Origin: Octopus vulgaris
Lineage: Eukaryota
Direction: 5' to 3'
DNA length: 64,000 nucleotides
Assembly: GCA_951406725.2 (NCBI GenBank)
Contig: OX597834.1
Span: forward strand, 26,102,001-26,166,000
Shown piece by piece: positions 45,612-58,755 of the stretch. Both the position numbers and the translations under genes were made by a program. The stretch's first letter is position 1, and the number at the start of each line of letters is the position of its first letter. The notes beneath the pieces are model-generated. The model was not told the DNA's origin and ran no database searches. It saw only the letters and a list, made by a program, of their open reading frames with translations.

Positions 45612-45840
45612 TTAACCCTTTCGTTACTGTATTTATTCTGATATGCTCTGTGTTTCCTTCAATTACTTTAAATATAACAAAGACTTAAGTAAAATAACTT
45701 AGTTATCATTCAACTAGTGTTAGGAACATAAATTGTGACTAAGATTTGGTGGAAGATTTTAATTCAAAACTTATGTAAACAAGACATTTGTACTACAGAA
45801 CCAGAGCCGGTTTCAACCACATTGGTAACGAAAGGTTTAA
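45612..45840. mobile_element. piggyBac-like MITE P1 nested in a decayed SINE
   Basis: Splits the host SINE sequence ACCCTTAA|YGTAGTTCTC with duplicated TTAA. Confidence 0.88.
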
Positions 45841-46066
45841 TGTAGTTCTCAGGGTGATTCAACATGACACTGAATGTGACAAGGCTGGCCCTTTGAATTT
45901 CAAGTACTCTTCATTTTTCTCAGCTAAGTTGGCTGGATCAAGGTGAAATATAGTGTTTTGTTCAAGGACATAACATGTTGCCAGGTATCAAACTCACAAC
46001 CCTTCAATCATGGAACCACACACTTTTACACTTACACACGCACATATGACAAACTTCCTTTTTTAG

Positions 46067-46506
46067 TTTCTTATTTCTTTATTGCCCACAAGGGGCTCAA
46101 CAATTCCTTTGTTGAGATTAAATAATATAAATTTGTCCTATTGTAAAAAGGGATTAAGTCAATTACATCGATTCTGGTGCGTAACTGGTACTTAATTTAT
46201 CGACCCTGAAAGGATGAAAGGCAAAGTTGACCTCGGCAGAATTTGAACTCAGAACGTAACAGCAGACGAAATACCTGTTTCTTTATTACCTACAAGGGGC
46301 TAAACATAGAGGGGACAGACAAGGACAGACAAACGGATTAAGTCAATTACATCGACCCCAGTGCATAATTGGTACTTAATTTATCAACCCCGAAAGGATG
46401 AAAGGCAAAGTCGACCTTGGTGGAATTTGAACTCAGAATGTAACGGCAGACGAAATACCGCTAAGCATTTCGCCCAGCGTGCTAACGTTTCTGCTAGCTC
46501 ACCACC
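46067..46506 (-). mobile_element. SINE family B, tandem dimer
   Basis: One head plus two bodies. Confidence 0.82.
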
Positions 46507-46660
46507 ATATAGTTTCTTTTTTAATTTCTGTCTACTAAATCCATTTACCAGTCTTTGGTCAGCTTGGACTATTGCTTAAAGTGCTGTGCACTGTAACTGA
46601 ACTTAAAACAATGTAGTTCAAAAGCAAACTTCTTAACTACACATTTATACCTATACTTAT

Positions 46661-47066
46661 ACTCTTTACTCTTTTACTTGTTTCAGTCATTTGACTGCGG
46701 CCATGCTGGAGCACTGCCTTTAGTCGAGCAAATCAACCCCGGGACTTATTCTTTGTAAGCCCAGTACTTATTCTATCGGTCTCTTTCGCCGAACCGCTAA
46801 GTGACGGGGACGTAAACACACCAGCATCGGTTGTCAAGCAATGCTAGGGGGACAAACACAGACACACAAACATATACACACACACTTATATATATATACA
46901 TATATACGACAGGCTTCTTTCAGTTTCCGTCTACCAAATCCACTCACAAGGCATTGGTTGGCCCGGGGCTATAGCAGAAGACACTTGCCCAAGATGCCAT
47001 GCAGTGGGACTGAACCCAGAACCATGTGGTTGGTTAGCAAGCTACTTACCACACAGCCACTCCTGT
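46661..47066 (-). mobile_element. SINE family A
   Basis: Full-length consensus copy. Confidence 0.88.
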
Positions 47067-47210
47067 GCTGATAATTTTAACTGTTTTGCCAGATCTAATT
47101 TTATTTGCATTAAAATCATAGCAGTTAATTCATAATTTTGATTTTGGCTTCTTTGTAAAATATTTTTTATTGTATTTCATAATATAGTTTTCTCTGTTTG
47201 GAACTTACAG

Positions 47211-48821
47211 GAGACTGGAAACACAACTAAAGACAAATCTGAAGAAAACAAAGAAAGACGGAAACGTGGAAAACTTTCTGCTGAAGAGGAAGAGTTGCAC
47301 AGAAGATCAGTGCAGAGGGTTTTAGCAGAAGCTATTACCCATGATGCACCTATAGCAGATGTAGAGATCATTATAAAATATGGTGGTGATGTCAATGGAA
47401 ATGTGAATCGCGGTCTGAAACCTATTCATTATGCCTCCTATGCTGACAATACAGATATTATTCGAATTTTGTTAAAACATGGAGCTGACATCAATGCTAG
47501 GGATGACGTTGGTTACACACCTCTTCATCTATGTGCACGAAAAGGTCACTTGAAGAGCATGAAATACTTGATAAAATGTGGGGCCAAAATCAACATCGAA
47601 GCTCATGAATATACTCCTAAACAATCTAAACCTATTTTGCCTGATGACCAAGAACAAAATGAAAACCAAGACCAAGGACAAAACCAAAGTGCATTAAATA
47701 CAACGAATGAGCAAAGTTCACCAGCTGTAACCAATGATGCGTCCGGTCCAACGCCACAGACAGTCCTAGAAGATTTAACAATTGAGCCAATAAATTTAGC
47801 GTTAGAAAACAACCATGTAGCTATAGTAAAACTCCTCTTGGAGAACGGTGCTAAAGCTAATCGCAGATATTTCATGGGTTTTGAAATAAATCTTGTGCCA
47901 CTTCAGAATATTGAATGCCTCGATCTCTTGCTTCAGTATGGTGCTGACCCAAACTCAATAAACCGATGTGGCGTCACCCCCTTAATGAAAGCAGCAAAAG
48001 AGAATGAAATCTTTGCTACTCGTCTGTTGTTGAGGTATGGTGCTGATGTCAATTTACAATGTCCTGAAAGATTTGAGCAGAAAACAGCTCTGCATTTTGC
48101 AATCGAGGCTGGAAACCGAACCATTGCCAGAACTTTATTGTTACATCATGCACAAACATCAAAATTTCCTAACTATAAATATAATGTTCTACATACTGCT
48201 GTCCTTACTGACCGAGAGGATTTAGTTGAACTAGTTCTTTTATTTCCCATCGATGTTGATGAGGTTACCGATGACAACTGTACGGCCCTGATGATGGCTT
48301 GTGCAGCAACAAATACGATGAACCAAAGAGAAATAATAAACCTATTGCTTCAAGCTGGCGCCAATCCAAACAGACATGCAGATATTATTAATTACATTGC
48401 TCCTTGTTTTTCACCAATTGTTGAATACCTTAGGAACCAAGACTCTATCAGTTATGATGTTATTCTCAATTTGATTCAACATGGTGCCATAGTTCACTTT
48501 GGTGGTTTTACAACAGTTGTGAGGAAGAGAAATCCTTTTGGAGTTTTGCATTATTTTGATAAAATTTCTAAGGATGAGAAACTTCTTAAACTTCTCATGG
48601 AGGCTTGTAGTCTTTTTGATCTCTATGCCATTGATCGTTGTAGAGAGTTCTCTAACGAAGAGAAAGAGTATTTTGAAGAATTAGGAAAGAAGCCACTCCC
48701 TTTGAAGAATTCAATCCGGTTTTTAATAAGGAATTTGTTAATGCCAAATCTATTACTAAAAATTAATAAGTTGCCATTACCTGAATTTCTAAAAAAGTAT
48801 CTTGCATTCGAAGCGATATAA
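47211..48821 (+). CDS. Ankyrin repeat and SOCS box protein (ASB-like), main coding exon; about 540 aa with MADK
   Basis: ttacag| acceptor, open frame ETGNTT... to TAA at 48821. Multiple ankyrin repeats (GLKPIHYAS, GYTPLHLCA, GVTPLMKAA, KTALHFAI, CTALMMAC). C-terminal SOCS box PLPLKNSIRFLIR...LPLPEFLKKYL. Confidence 0.93.
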   Translation, partial: ETGNTTKDKSEENKERRKRGKLSAEEEELHRRSVQRVLAEAITHDAPIADVEIIIKYGGDVNGNVNRGLKPIHYASYADNTDIIRILLKHGADINARDDVGYTPLHLCARKGHLKSMKYLIKCGAKINIEAHEYTPKQSKPILPDDQEQNENQDQGQNQSALNTTNEQSSPAVTNDASGPTPQTVLEDLTIEPINLALENNHVAIVKLLLENGAKANRRYFMGFEINLVPLQNIECLDLLLQYGADPNSINRCGVTPLMKAAKENEIFATRLLLRYGADVNLQCPERFEQKTALHFAIEAGNRTIARTLLLHHAQTSKFPNYKYNVLHTAVLTDREDLVELVLLFPIDVDEVTDDNCTALMMACAATNTMNQREIINLLLQAGANPNRHADIINYIAPCFSPIVEYLRNQDSISYDVILNLIQHGAIVHFGGFTTVVRKRNPFGVLHYFDKISKDEKLLKLLMEACSLFDLYAIDRCREFSNEEKEYFEELGKKPLPLKNSIRFLIRNLLMPNLLLKINKLPLPEFLKKYLAFEAI

Positions 48822-49103
48822 TTTATGAAATGGTAACTGAAGTAATTCCTGATACCTGTGTGTGTCTATAAATATTATATTGGTCACAAGTTGTTTTGGA
48901 AATCTCTCTTTGAGTATTCTTGCACAAAACACAAGAATTTATTTATTTTGGAAATGAAATGTAAAAATTACATTTTACTTAACTTGTTTATATATTTTTG
49001 CGTTCCATGAACAACTGAGGATGTAGATCTTACAAGATAACTTTTTTCCTGTTTATTGGAACCTGGAATCGTATAAATGTTTTTAATTTTCATTTTTCTG
49101 AGC

Positions 49104-49290
49104 CAAAACAATGCGTATCAATGCTTTGTACTTGTATTTTGGTATTTCAGGATTAGGATTCCTTCTTCAGGAAATCCTTGGAGATATGGTATTGTGAGCT
49201 GATCTTCAAAGATTTCCTGAAGAAGGGATCCTAAACCCAAAATATTGAAATATAAGGTAACAGTACAAACCATTGACTTGCATTGTTTTG
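49104..49290 (+). other. Long imperfect RNA hairpin in the probable 3' UTR of the ASB-like gene
   Basis: Inverted repeat with arms of about 85 nt; most inner-stem substitutions are G:U on the + strand; AATAAA downstream at 49392 and 49455. Confidence 0.7.
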
Positions 49291-50171
49291 ACATAAAGAA
49301 AAAATATATTAATTAAAAATATCTATATCAGGTAATGCTTCATACAAACTATACAACTCTGAAATTAAATATTTTGTTGGAGTTTTATGTAAATAAATTT
49401 CATTTTATTTATTTATTTTATTTATTTTTTTCTTGCAAAACTTATCAAATCTGCAATAAAAAAGATTTCTGTGAAAATTATTTAAAGATATTTTATTTCT
49501 CTCACACTGAAAAAACATTGATCAAAAAATTTCTTTTCCCATAATGTTTCGAGATTTTATTTTCAAATATTTATTGTATTTATTTTATATTATTTATTAT
49601 AGGTTTAGGCATAGCAATGCAGTTAAGAAACTTGCTTTGTAATGACTTGATTTTGGGTTCAGTCCCTTCACATGGCACCCTGAGCAAGTGTCATCTACCA
49701 TAGCCCCAGGTTAACCAATGCCTTGTGAGTGGAATTGGAAACTGTGTGGAAGCCCATTGTATACATACATATATGTGTGTGTTTTTATGTCTATATTTGC
49801 CCTCCCCACCGTTTGACAGCTAGTGTTGGTTTGTTTATATCCCCATAACTTAACAGTTTGATAAAAGTAGGTAGTGAGGTTTATTTGTTCAACCAAACCC
49901 TTGAAGATAGTGCCCCAGCTGAGGCCACAGGCCAATGACTGAAACAAATAAGAGAGAAGATATTTAATAATAATAATAATGATGCCAATGGTGATGATGA
50001 TAATAATAACCCTTTCTACTATAGGAACAAGGCCTGAAATTTTGAGGGAGAGGGCTATTCAATTACATCAGATCAGCTCTGAAAAAATGAAAAGCAAATT
50101 GACCTTGGCAGAAATTGAACTCTGAACATAAAGGTGGATGAAATGCCCCTAAGCGTTTGGTCTGGTGTGCT

Positions 50172-50723
<552 letters not shown>

Positions 50724-51916
50724 TCATCTTTTCTACTGTAGGCACAAGGCCTGAAATTCTGGAGGAGGGGAATATTCATCTACATTGACCCCAGTGTTTA
50801 ATTTGTACTTATTTTACAACCCTGAAAGAATGAAAGGCTAAGTTAACCTCAGCAGAATTTAAACAACAACAACAACAACAATAATAATAATAATAATCCT
50901 TTCTACACAAGGCCTGAAATTTGGGGGGATGGGGACTAGTTGATTACATCGACCCCAGTGTTTCACTGGTACTTAATTTATTGACCCTGAAAATAATAAT
51001 AATAATAATAACAATGATGATGATGATGCTCTACTATTGCTGTTGTTGTTGTTATTGTCATCACAATGTCTTACATTCTCAGTCTGGCATCACTTGGTTC
51101 TAACCTACCAAACTATTTTAGTTTCCATAGAGTAGAGCTGGGTGTATATGAATAATTACATGCTAAAGAATGTCTAACTGATGTAGATATTATACTAAGA
51201 ATCCCCAATGTCTAATATGAAATAAAAACAATAAAATCTCATGTGGAGATTAAACTATGAACGGTGTTGATAATATATGAAATGATTTATGTAAATTCAT
51301 AAAATATATATTCTTAAAGCTAACCACATAACTTTAACACCCAAAATTTACCAATTTCACTTCTAATTCCAACAGATTTTTATCTCATTTGTGTGTGTGT
51401 GTATTTGTATCATCAGTTGTGTATCATAAGTTATGTATGGGTATATGATAATTTGTGTGTGTGTGTTGTCATAATTTTGGTAGATTCTGATTTTATCTTC
51501 TTGAATCAAACACAAACAACCTCTACTTTCTTTATCATCTAATTTGTGTTACATTTACAGCAGGGGTTCTCAAATGGGTATAAATCTAACCGATTTATCT
51601 AGTTTTACCTGGTGCCAGGATATTTGTATTGTTGCAATAACCATTTTAGCCATTTTGAAATGTGGCGCGAATTGGCAATACGACGTAATGTCTTTGCCGA
51701 AGAATTATCATTTTTGTTTTTTCCCATTGGTTAATATAACTGCTCATATAAAGATTCTAAAAGTTTCGTAAAGAATATTTGTCATGGATTTCGGTTCTTT
51801 TTAGTCAAGTTGAGCAGTTATAAAAACCATGGATTTTAGAAGAAATTTCTGTGTTTGTTGGATGTCACTGAACTCCACGACACTCACTCTTTTGAGACAT
51901 TGGTAATTTTCATGCC

Positions 51917-52260
51917 ATCATCATCATCATCATCGTTTAACGTCCGCTTTCCATGCTAGCATGGGTTGGACGATTTAACTGGGGTCTGGGAAGCTCGAAG
52001 GCTGCACCAGGCCAGTCAGATCTGGCAGTGTTTCTACAGCTGGATGCCCTTCCTAACGCCAACCACTCCGAGAGTGTAGTGGGTGATTTTATGTGCCACT
52101 GACACAGGTGCCAGACGAGGCTGGCGAACGGCCACGCTCGGATGGTGTTTTTTACGTGCCACCGGCACGGAGGCCAGTCAATGCGGTACTGGCTACGGCC
52201 ACGTTCGGATGGTTTTCGTATGTGCCACCGGCACTGGTACCACAAAACTACAAATTCCAT
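51917..52260 (-). mobile_element. RTE-type 3' tail / RTE-related short element with (GAT)n tail
   Basis: GCGTTAGGAAGGGCATCCAGCTGTAGAAAC...CCCATGCTAGCATGGAAAGCGGACGTTAAACGATGATG; decayed relatives at about 1280, 4500, 31520. Confidence 0.65.
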
Positions 52261-53088
52261 TAATGTTCATCGAGTTTGCTTTTGATTTTGTCCATTTTGT
52301 CCATGTCTAGAGTTAATCACAAATCTATTTTGATTTGTTGGTTAATGTATTAGCTAGAATTGAGAAATTAGTTAATGAAATTATAGTCGTTCTTCTTCAC
52401 GACAAAGTTATCTTTCCTACTGTAAATAATATAAAATGTTATATTCATATAATAAAACTAATTAAAAGAAAATGTTTCTCTTCACGTTTGTTTTTTAACT
52501 GAGTATAAATAAGTATGCATTTCTGTAATCCTTAATTTATGTTTTCTTATAGCGGTTTAAAGGACACGAAGAAAATATTTAACATACATGTCATTAATAT
52601 TCATAGCGTTTCATGCGTATATGTCTATATGACGTTATACCTGTAGTTAGGGTTTTAGGTATAATGATACCGCTTTGGTATAAGTGACGTTGAATCATTA
52701 TATTCTCCCTTACTCAGAGAAAAGCCAAATAAAACAATATAACCTAAGAGAAAGCTTAAGGTAGTTAAACAAAAACTGCCATAGTATCTTAAGCTAGCCT
52801 TACAGTACCCTACAGTGTCTTCTCTGTCTCCCAGTTCAATTAATCTACACCCTTTCTCCCAGCCCTATGATGTCGGGTTCCCAAATGGGTATAAATCTAA
52901 CCGATTTTTCTAGTTTTACCTGGTGCCAGGATATTTGTAAATTCCGTCTGATTCATACAAACATGGAAAAGTAGTCATTGTAATGATGATGATGATAATG
53001 TATTCTGTATCTTGATATTTTATATTTTTGATCTTTCTTTTCAAGTCAATGAAAATAAAACTATTTTTTATTTTTTCCCCCACATATA

Positions 53089-53251
53089 GGCACAGGAGTG
53101 GTTGTGTGGTAAGTAGCTTGCTTACTAACCACATGGTTCCGGGTTCAGTCCCACTGCGTAGCACCTTGGGCAGGTGTCTTCTAGTATTGCTTCGGGCCGA
53201 CCAAAGATTGTGAGTGGATTTGGTAGACGGAACCTAAAAAAATCCGTTGTA

Positions 53252-53300
<49 letters not shown>

Positions 53301-53527
53301 ATGTGTGTATATGTTTGCGTGTTTGTATTTGTCCCCCCAACATTGCTTGACAGCCGATGTTGATGTGTTTATGTCCCCGTAACTTAGCAGTTCGGCATAA
53401 GAGACCAATAGAATAAGTACTAGGCTCGCAAAAAAATAAGTCCTGGGGTCAGTTTGCTCGACTAAAGATGGTGCTCCTGCATGGCCACAGTCAAATGACT
53501 GAAACAAGTAAAATAGAGTAAAAGAGT
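53089..53527 (+). mobile_element. SINE family A
   Basis: Full-length copy. Confidence 0.86.
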
Positions 53528-54267
53528 ATATAAATTCAAATTTCAGAAATGTGCTTGTCTAGCAAGTGCGACCATGTGTTGGAACTGAAACAGTTACAGC
53601 ATTGACAACACACATTAATCATTTACAAGTCCATAAAGACTGTTAACTTCACTTGAACATTTAGTATATGGTGACAAAAGTTTCGTTGCACCAACAGCAA
53701 TCTGGTCACTGATGTGATAGCAGCTGGTTTGAGGCAAGCCTTGTCAGTCAGTATATCTAGGTTCAGGCTTATAAATATAACTGGTTCATCTATATAGGTC
53801 AGTTGTTCTGGTTGGCATTGATTTATGACAGCTTCTATTGAGTTAAAATCCGATCAATTGAAATCTGAGAAGTAATTTTTTTTTCTGTCAATATTTCCCT
53901 GCTATCAGGGCAGCGAGCTGGCAGAATGGTTAGCACACTGGGTGAAATGCTTAGCAGTATTTCATCTGCCATTACATTCAGAGTTCAAATTCCACTGAGG
54001 TTGACTTTGCATTTCATCTTTTCAGGGTTGATTAAATAAGTACCAGTTATGCACTGGGGTCGATGTAATCGACTTAAACCCTTTGTCTGTTCTTGTTTGT
54101 CCCCTCTATGTTTAGCCCGCTGTGGGCAATAAAGAAAAAAATAGTTCTCTGCTATTAAACATTTTAGTACGAACCCACCTGAAACTATCTTTGGTTCTAT
54201 GATACAAATTTCCTGTTTTAACCCCTTTGTTACCCAATTTCTACCTTTGTTTCAATTGATTTTGAAA

Positions 54268-54664
54268 GGAATGGCTGTGTGGTAAGTAGCTTGCTTGCCA
54301 ACCACACGGTTCCGGGTTCAGTCCCACTGCTTGGCATCTTGGGCAAGTGTCTTCTGCTATAGCCCCGGGCTGACCAATGCCTTGTGAGTGGATTTGGTAG
54401 ACGGAAACTGAAAGAAGCCTGTCGTATATATGTATATATATATGTATGTGTGTGTGTGTGTTTGTGTGTCTGTATTTGTCCCCCTAGCATTGCTTGACAA
54501 CCGATGCTGGTGTGTTTATGTCCCCGTCACTTAGCGGTTCGGCAAAAGAGACTGATAGAATAAGTACTGGGCTTACAAAGAATAAGTCCCGGGATCGATT
54601 TGCTCGACTAAAGGCGGTGCTCCAGCATGGCCGCAGTCAAATGACTGAAACAAGTAAAAGAGTA
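54268..54664 (+). mobile_element. SINE family A
   Basis: Full-length copy. Confidence 0.88.
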
Positions 54665-56681
54665 AGATAATAAAATATGTCCTTATTAAAGCTGGTATGT
54701 GGAACATAACAAAAAAGATGATTACCCCTGTTATCTGTTTAGTTCCTAATCAACTATGATCAAGCAAATTTATAATTAAAGGTACTGCAGCCTGATTATC
54801 TCATTTTTCAGTGAATCTGAGATCATATCTTGTAACCATTTTATCCAGTGGTGTAGCTTGAGTTTGTGCCACCTGTGATAGTCCTTGAGTCTACTGTTCC
54901 CCTGCTTTATATATAGGCTTATACAGTAGACCCAAAAGTGCTGTCCCATAAAATCATTGACTGGGGTGGACTGCTCCTTCCCCAGTTATGCTACTGGTTT
55001 TGTCATTTTTGCAGATGTGGTTTTCGGAAGATTTGGGCACTACTTCTAGTGGGTTGAGCAACCACTTAGAGTTTTCTTCATAGACTTGTAAAGTAGGTGT
55101 TTGTTCTTTAGCCCCAAGTCAGCCTTGATTGAGCAGACTTATGAATAAAGAAATTCTGGTCATAACCATTCTGTCTTTTTTTTCTTTTTCTAGAACTACA
55201 TTACCCAATGTTTCTTGCTGTTTGTTTCAAGACACTAGAATGTGATATGAAAGGTCATATCAGATGTTATATTTTGGAAATTTCTATTCCCTAGTAGAGG
55301 GTGAAAACCCACTCAACTACATTGATGTTATATGCAGAGGCACACAGCATGGAACTGAGGACCTACCAAAACTAATGAAGGTCAGATTCTTGGTGCAGAG
55401 TGAAGAAACACATCTTACAAGCAACTACTTGGAGAAGCGAGATTAATGAGAAAAGAAGCAAATATGTCTGTGATATTTGCAGGACTTTCGAGGCTGGTGA
55501 AACTGATATAACTGATGGCTGTAATACCTGCAGGGCGGCGAGCTGGCAGAAACGTTAGCACGCCGGGCGAAATGCCTAACAGTATTTCATCTGCCGTTCC
55601 GTTCTGAGTTCAAATTCCGCCGAGGTCGACTTTGCCTTTCATCCTTTCGGGGTCGATAAATTAAGTACCAGTTACGCACTGGGGTCGATATAATCAACTT
55701 AATTCCCTTTGTATGTCCTTGTTTGTCCTCTCTGTGTTTAGCCCCTTGTGGGTAGTAAAGAAATATGTAATACCTGCAGTTCTATGACTGCAGTAAAAAT
55801 CTTGGGCGAGGAGTGAACTGAAGCGCAGGTGTGGCTGTGTGGTAAGAAGTTTGCTTCCCAACTACACGGTTTTGGGTTCAGTCCCACTGCATGACACCTT
55901 GAGCAAGCGTCTTCTACTATAGCCTTGAGCCAACCAAAGCCTTGTGAGTGTATCTGGTAGATGGAAACTGAAAGAAGCCCATTGTGTATACATGTGTGTG
56001 TGTGTGTGTGTGATTGTGTCTGTTTGCCACTCTGCCACTGCTTGGCAACTGGCGCTGGTGTATTTATATTCCCATAACTTTATAGTTTGGTGGATTTCTG
56101 GTTGGGGCGGATTTAAATTTTTATCTTTTTTCTTTGGTAGTTCGTATTAAAATTTTGAAAACGTGTTACTAGCATGTCAGGTTTCTGTTCAGATATTTTT
56201 TGTGTCTGCTATTCCATAATTCTATGCATGCACGAAACAGGAGTAGAGATAACATATTAATTTCACTTCTTGTCATAGGGTGGAGTTTATTTATTTATTT
56301 ATTTATTTTTAAAATTGAATTTTACAAAATTTCAGCATCATAATCTCCGTATTTCGCCCCCCAAAAAAAAAAAAAAAAAAATTCCATGTGAAAATTTAAG
56401 AAATTGGGGGTGGAGGTGGAATAAAAATTTGGAAATTCAGATTCTTTTGCAGATTCGGAATCTTCACGCTCGATATAGTAGGTTCCTGTAAGCCCACCAA
56501 AAAAGAACTCAAAGGGAATGCGGTTCATTGTCTTTATCCGCCGCCCCCCAAGTCCTAAATACACTGTCTGAAAAGAAAAACGTGATGGTTACAGCTGGAA
56601 CGCTTTTCATTATACACCACTTTGATTAATTGTCACTAGGGACCAAAACAACAAAAGCAATTACAAATAAGGACAAAAAAA

Positions 56682-57103
56682 GGCGATCTTTCGTCTCTAG
56701 TAGACCTTTCCGTCGATTTCCGTAAAAAATTTTTTTTTTTTTACATATGGGCTTGCGGGAACTTTTGAAGTAATATACATACATATACACATACACCGAG
56801 TAAAAAATTTCAGTTATCTTTCTTTCACACATTACTGTCTCTTCACACACACTAACAAAAGCACTTCACTTACACAACATACTGTCTGTCTCCCACACCC
56901 CATCAAACACACACACACACACACATGTATATCAATGCTTCACATGCACGGTAACTTCAAAAGAACTTCCCTCGTCATACAATCGCTTTCTCTTAGTCTC
57001 TTTCGCTCTCATTACTTCAAAAGTTCCCGCAAGCCCATATGTAAAAAAAAAAAATTTTTTTACGGAAATCGACGGAAAGGTCTACTAGAGACGAAAGATT
57101 GCC
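56682..57103. mobile_element. Merlin-like MITE related to 36873-37658
   Basis: TIRs of about 90 bp GGCGATCTTTCG/CGAAAGATTGCC; 8-bp TSD CAAAAAAA; shares TTTCCGTCGATTTCCGTAAAAAA and internal blocks with the 36.9 kb element. Confidence 0.85.
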
Positions 57104-57414
57104 CAAAAAAACACGAAAACACTACAATATTACAAGACTGTCCCGCTCTGTTTTCATAAAGCCGAGATGCCTTGCGATATGGTAATTTAGATTTAATTAT
57201 GCTCAAATTATCATTCCGAGTTCAACTTTCGGGGTTTATAAAATGAAATACCAGTTATATACTGAGGTGATCAATTTTATATTACAACAACGGTTCCAAA
57301 GATGAAAATGGTAATTCTCAAAAAAAAAGGGGGGGGAGTAAAGTCAAAGCATGAATGTCAGAGAGTTATATAGTAAGGGAGGTAACTGTTGCCAGTTGAG
57401 CGGGTGTAAAGAAA

Positions 57415-58242
57415 ATAAAGAGAGAGGAAATAGAAAGAGAGAATTAGAGTGACACAGAAAGAAATAGGGAGAAGGAGAATAAGAAATGAGAGAGCGAGAA
57501 AGAAAGAGAGAGTAAGAAATAGAGAGAAAAGTAAAGAGAAAGATAGAGTGAGAAAAGAAGGAAGGGGAATAAAGGGAGGTAATAGAGAAATAGAGGGAAA
57601 TAAAGAAAGATAGATAGAATGGGCGAAGGAAAGAGAGAGAGAGAGAGAGAAAGAAATAGGGAGAAGGAGAATAAGAAATGAGAGAGCGAAAAAGAAATAG
57701 AGAAAAGGGAGATAAATAGAGAGAAAAGTAAAGAGAAAGATAGAGTGAGAAACGAAGGAAGGGGAATAAAGAGAGGTAAATAGAGAAATAGAGGGAAATA
57801 AAGAAAGATAGATAGAATGGGCGAAGGAAAGAGAGAGAGAGAGAGAGAGACACAAAGAAATAGGGAGAAGGAGAATAAGAAATGAGAGAGCGAGAAAGAA
57901 ACAGAGAGAGTAAGAAATAGAGAAAAGGGAGATAAATAGAGAGATAATTAAAGAGGCAGATAGAGTGAGAAAAGAAGGAAGGGGAATAAAGGGAGGTAAA
58001 TAGAGAAATAGAGGGAAATAAAGAAAGATAGATAGAATGGGCGAAAGAAAGAGAGAGAGAAAGACAGAAAGAAATAGGGAGAAGGAGAATAAGAAATGAG
58101 AGAGCGAGAAAGAAATAGACACAAGGAGATAAATAGAGAGAAAAATAAAGAGAAAGATAGAGTGAGAAAAGAAAGAATGGGAATAAAGGGAGGTAAATAG
58201 AGAAATAGAGGGAAATAAAGAAAGATAGATAGAATGGGCGAT

Positions 58243-58277
<35 letters not shown>

Positions 58278-58280
58278 AAA
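57415..58280. repeat. Purine-rich (GA) minisatellite, unit about 190-210 bp, about 4 copies
   Basis: Recurring AGAAATAGGGAGAAGGAGAATAAGAAATGAG...AGAATGGGCGA. Confidence 0.92.
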
Positions 58281-58642
58281 GGTAGAGCGCACTTGACGAA
58301 AATGGAGCTTTGACTTATTTTATTAAAACTATATTTATGGCTCATTCACAAGTGAGCTTCTTCATCTCTCATCGAAGTATGCTTTGTGAATGATTTATTT
58401 CACCCATGTGGTGTAATTATTAAAACATTGATATTTGGTAAGTAACCAGTTTTTTTTATATTTTAAAGTAAAATTATTATTATTTTTTCTTTCAGTAAAA
58501 ATATAATCTTCTTGGAATAATCGATGTGAAGAAATAATAAGTGTCGAATTCCTTGAATTTTATTATTATTCTTTTTAAAATCTAAGAACTTCGACCTTTA
58601 TAGCGTAATCAATGAAGTGGAACAAAGATATATATAATAATA

Positions 58643-58644
<2 letters not shown>

Positions 58645-58696
<52 letters not shown>

Positions 58697-58710
58697 TATA
58701 GTATATATAT

Positions 58711-58755
<45 letters not shown>

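Noticed and set aside
57344-58345. 333-aa and 254-aa S/L/F-rich ORFs
   Set aside because: Translations of the pyrimidine strand of a GA minisatellite.
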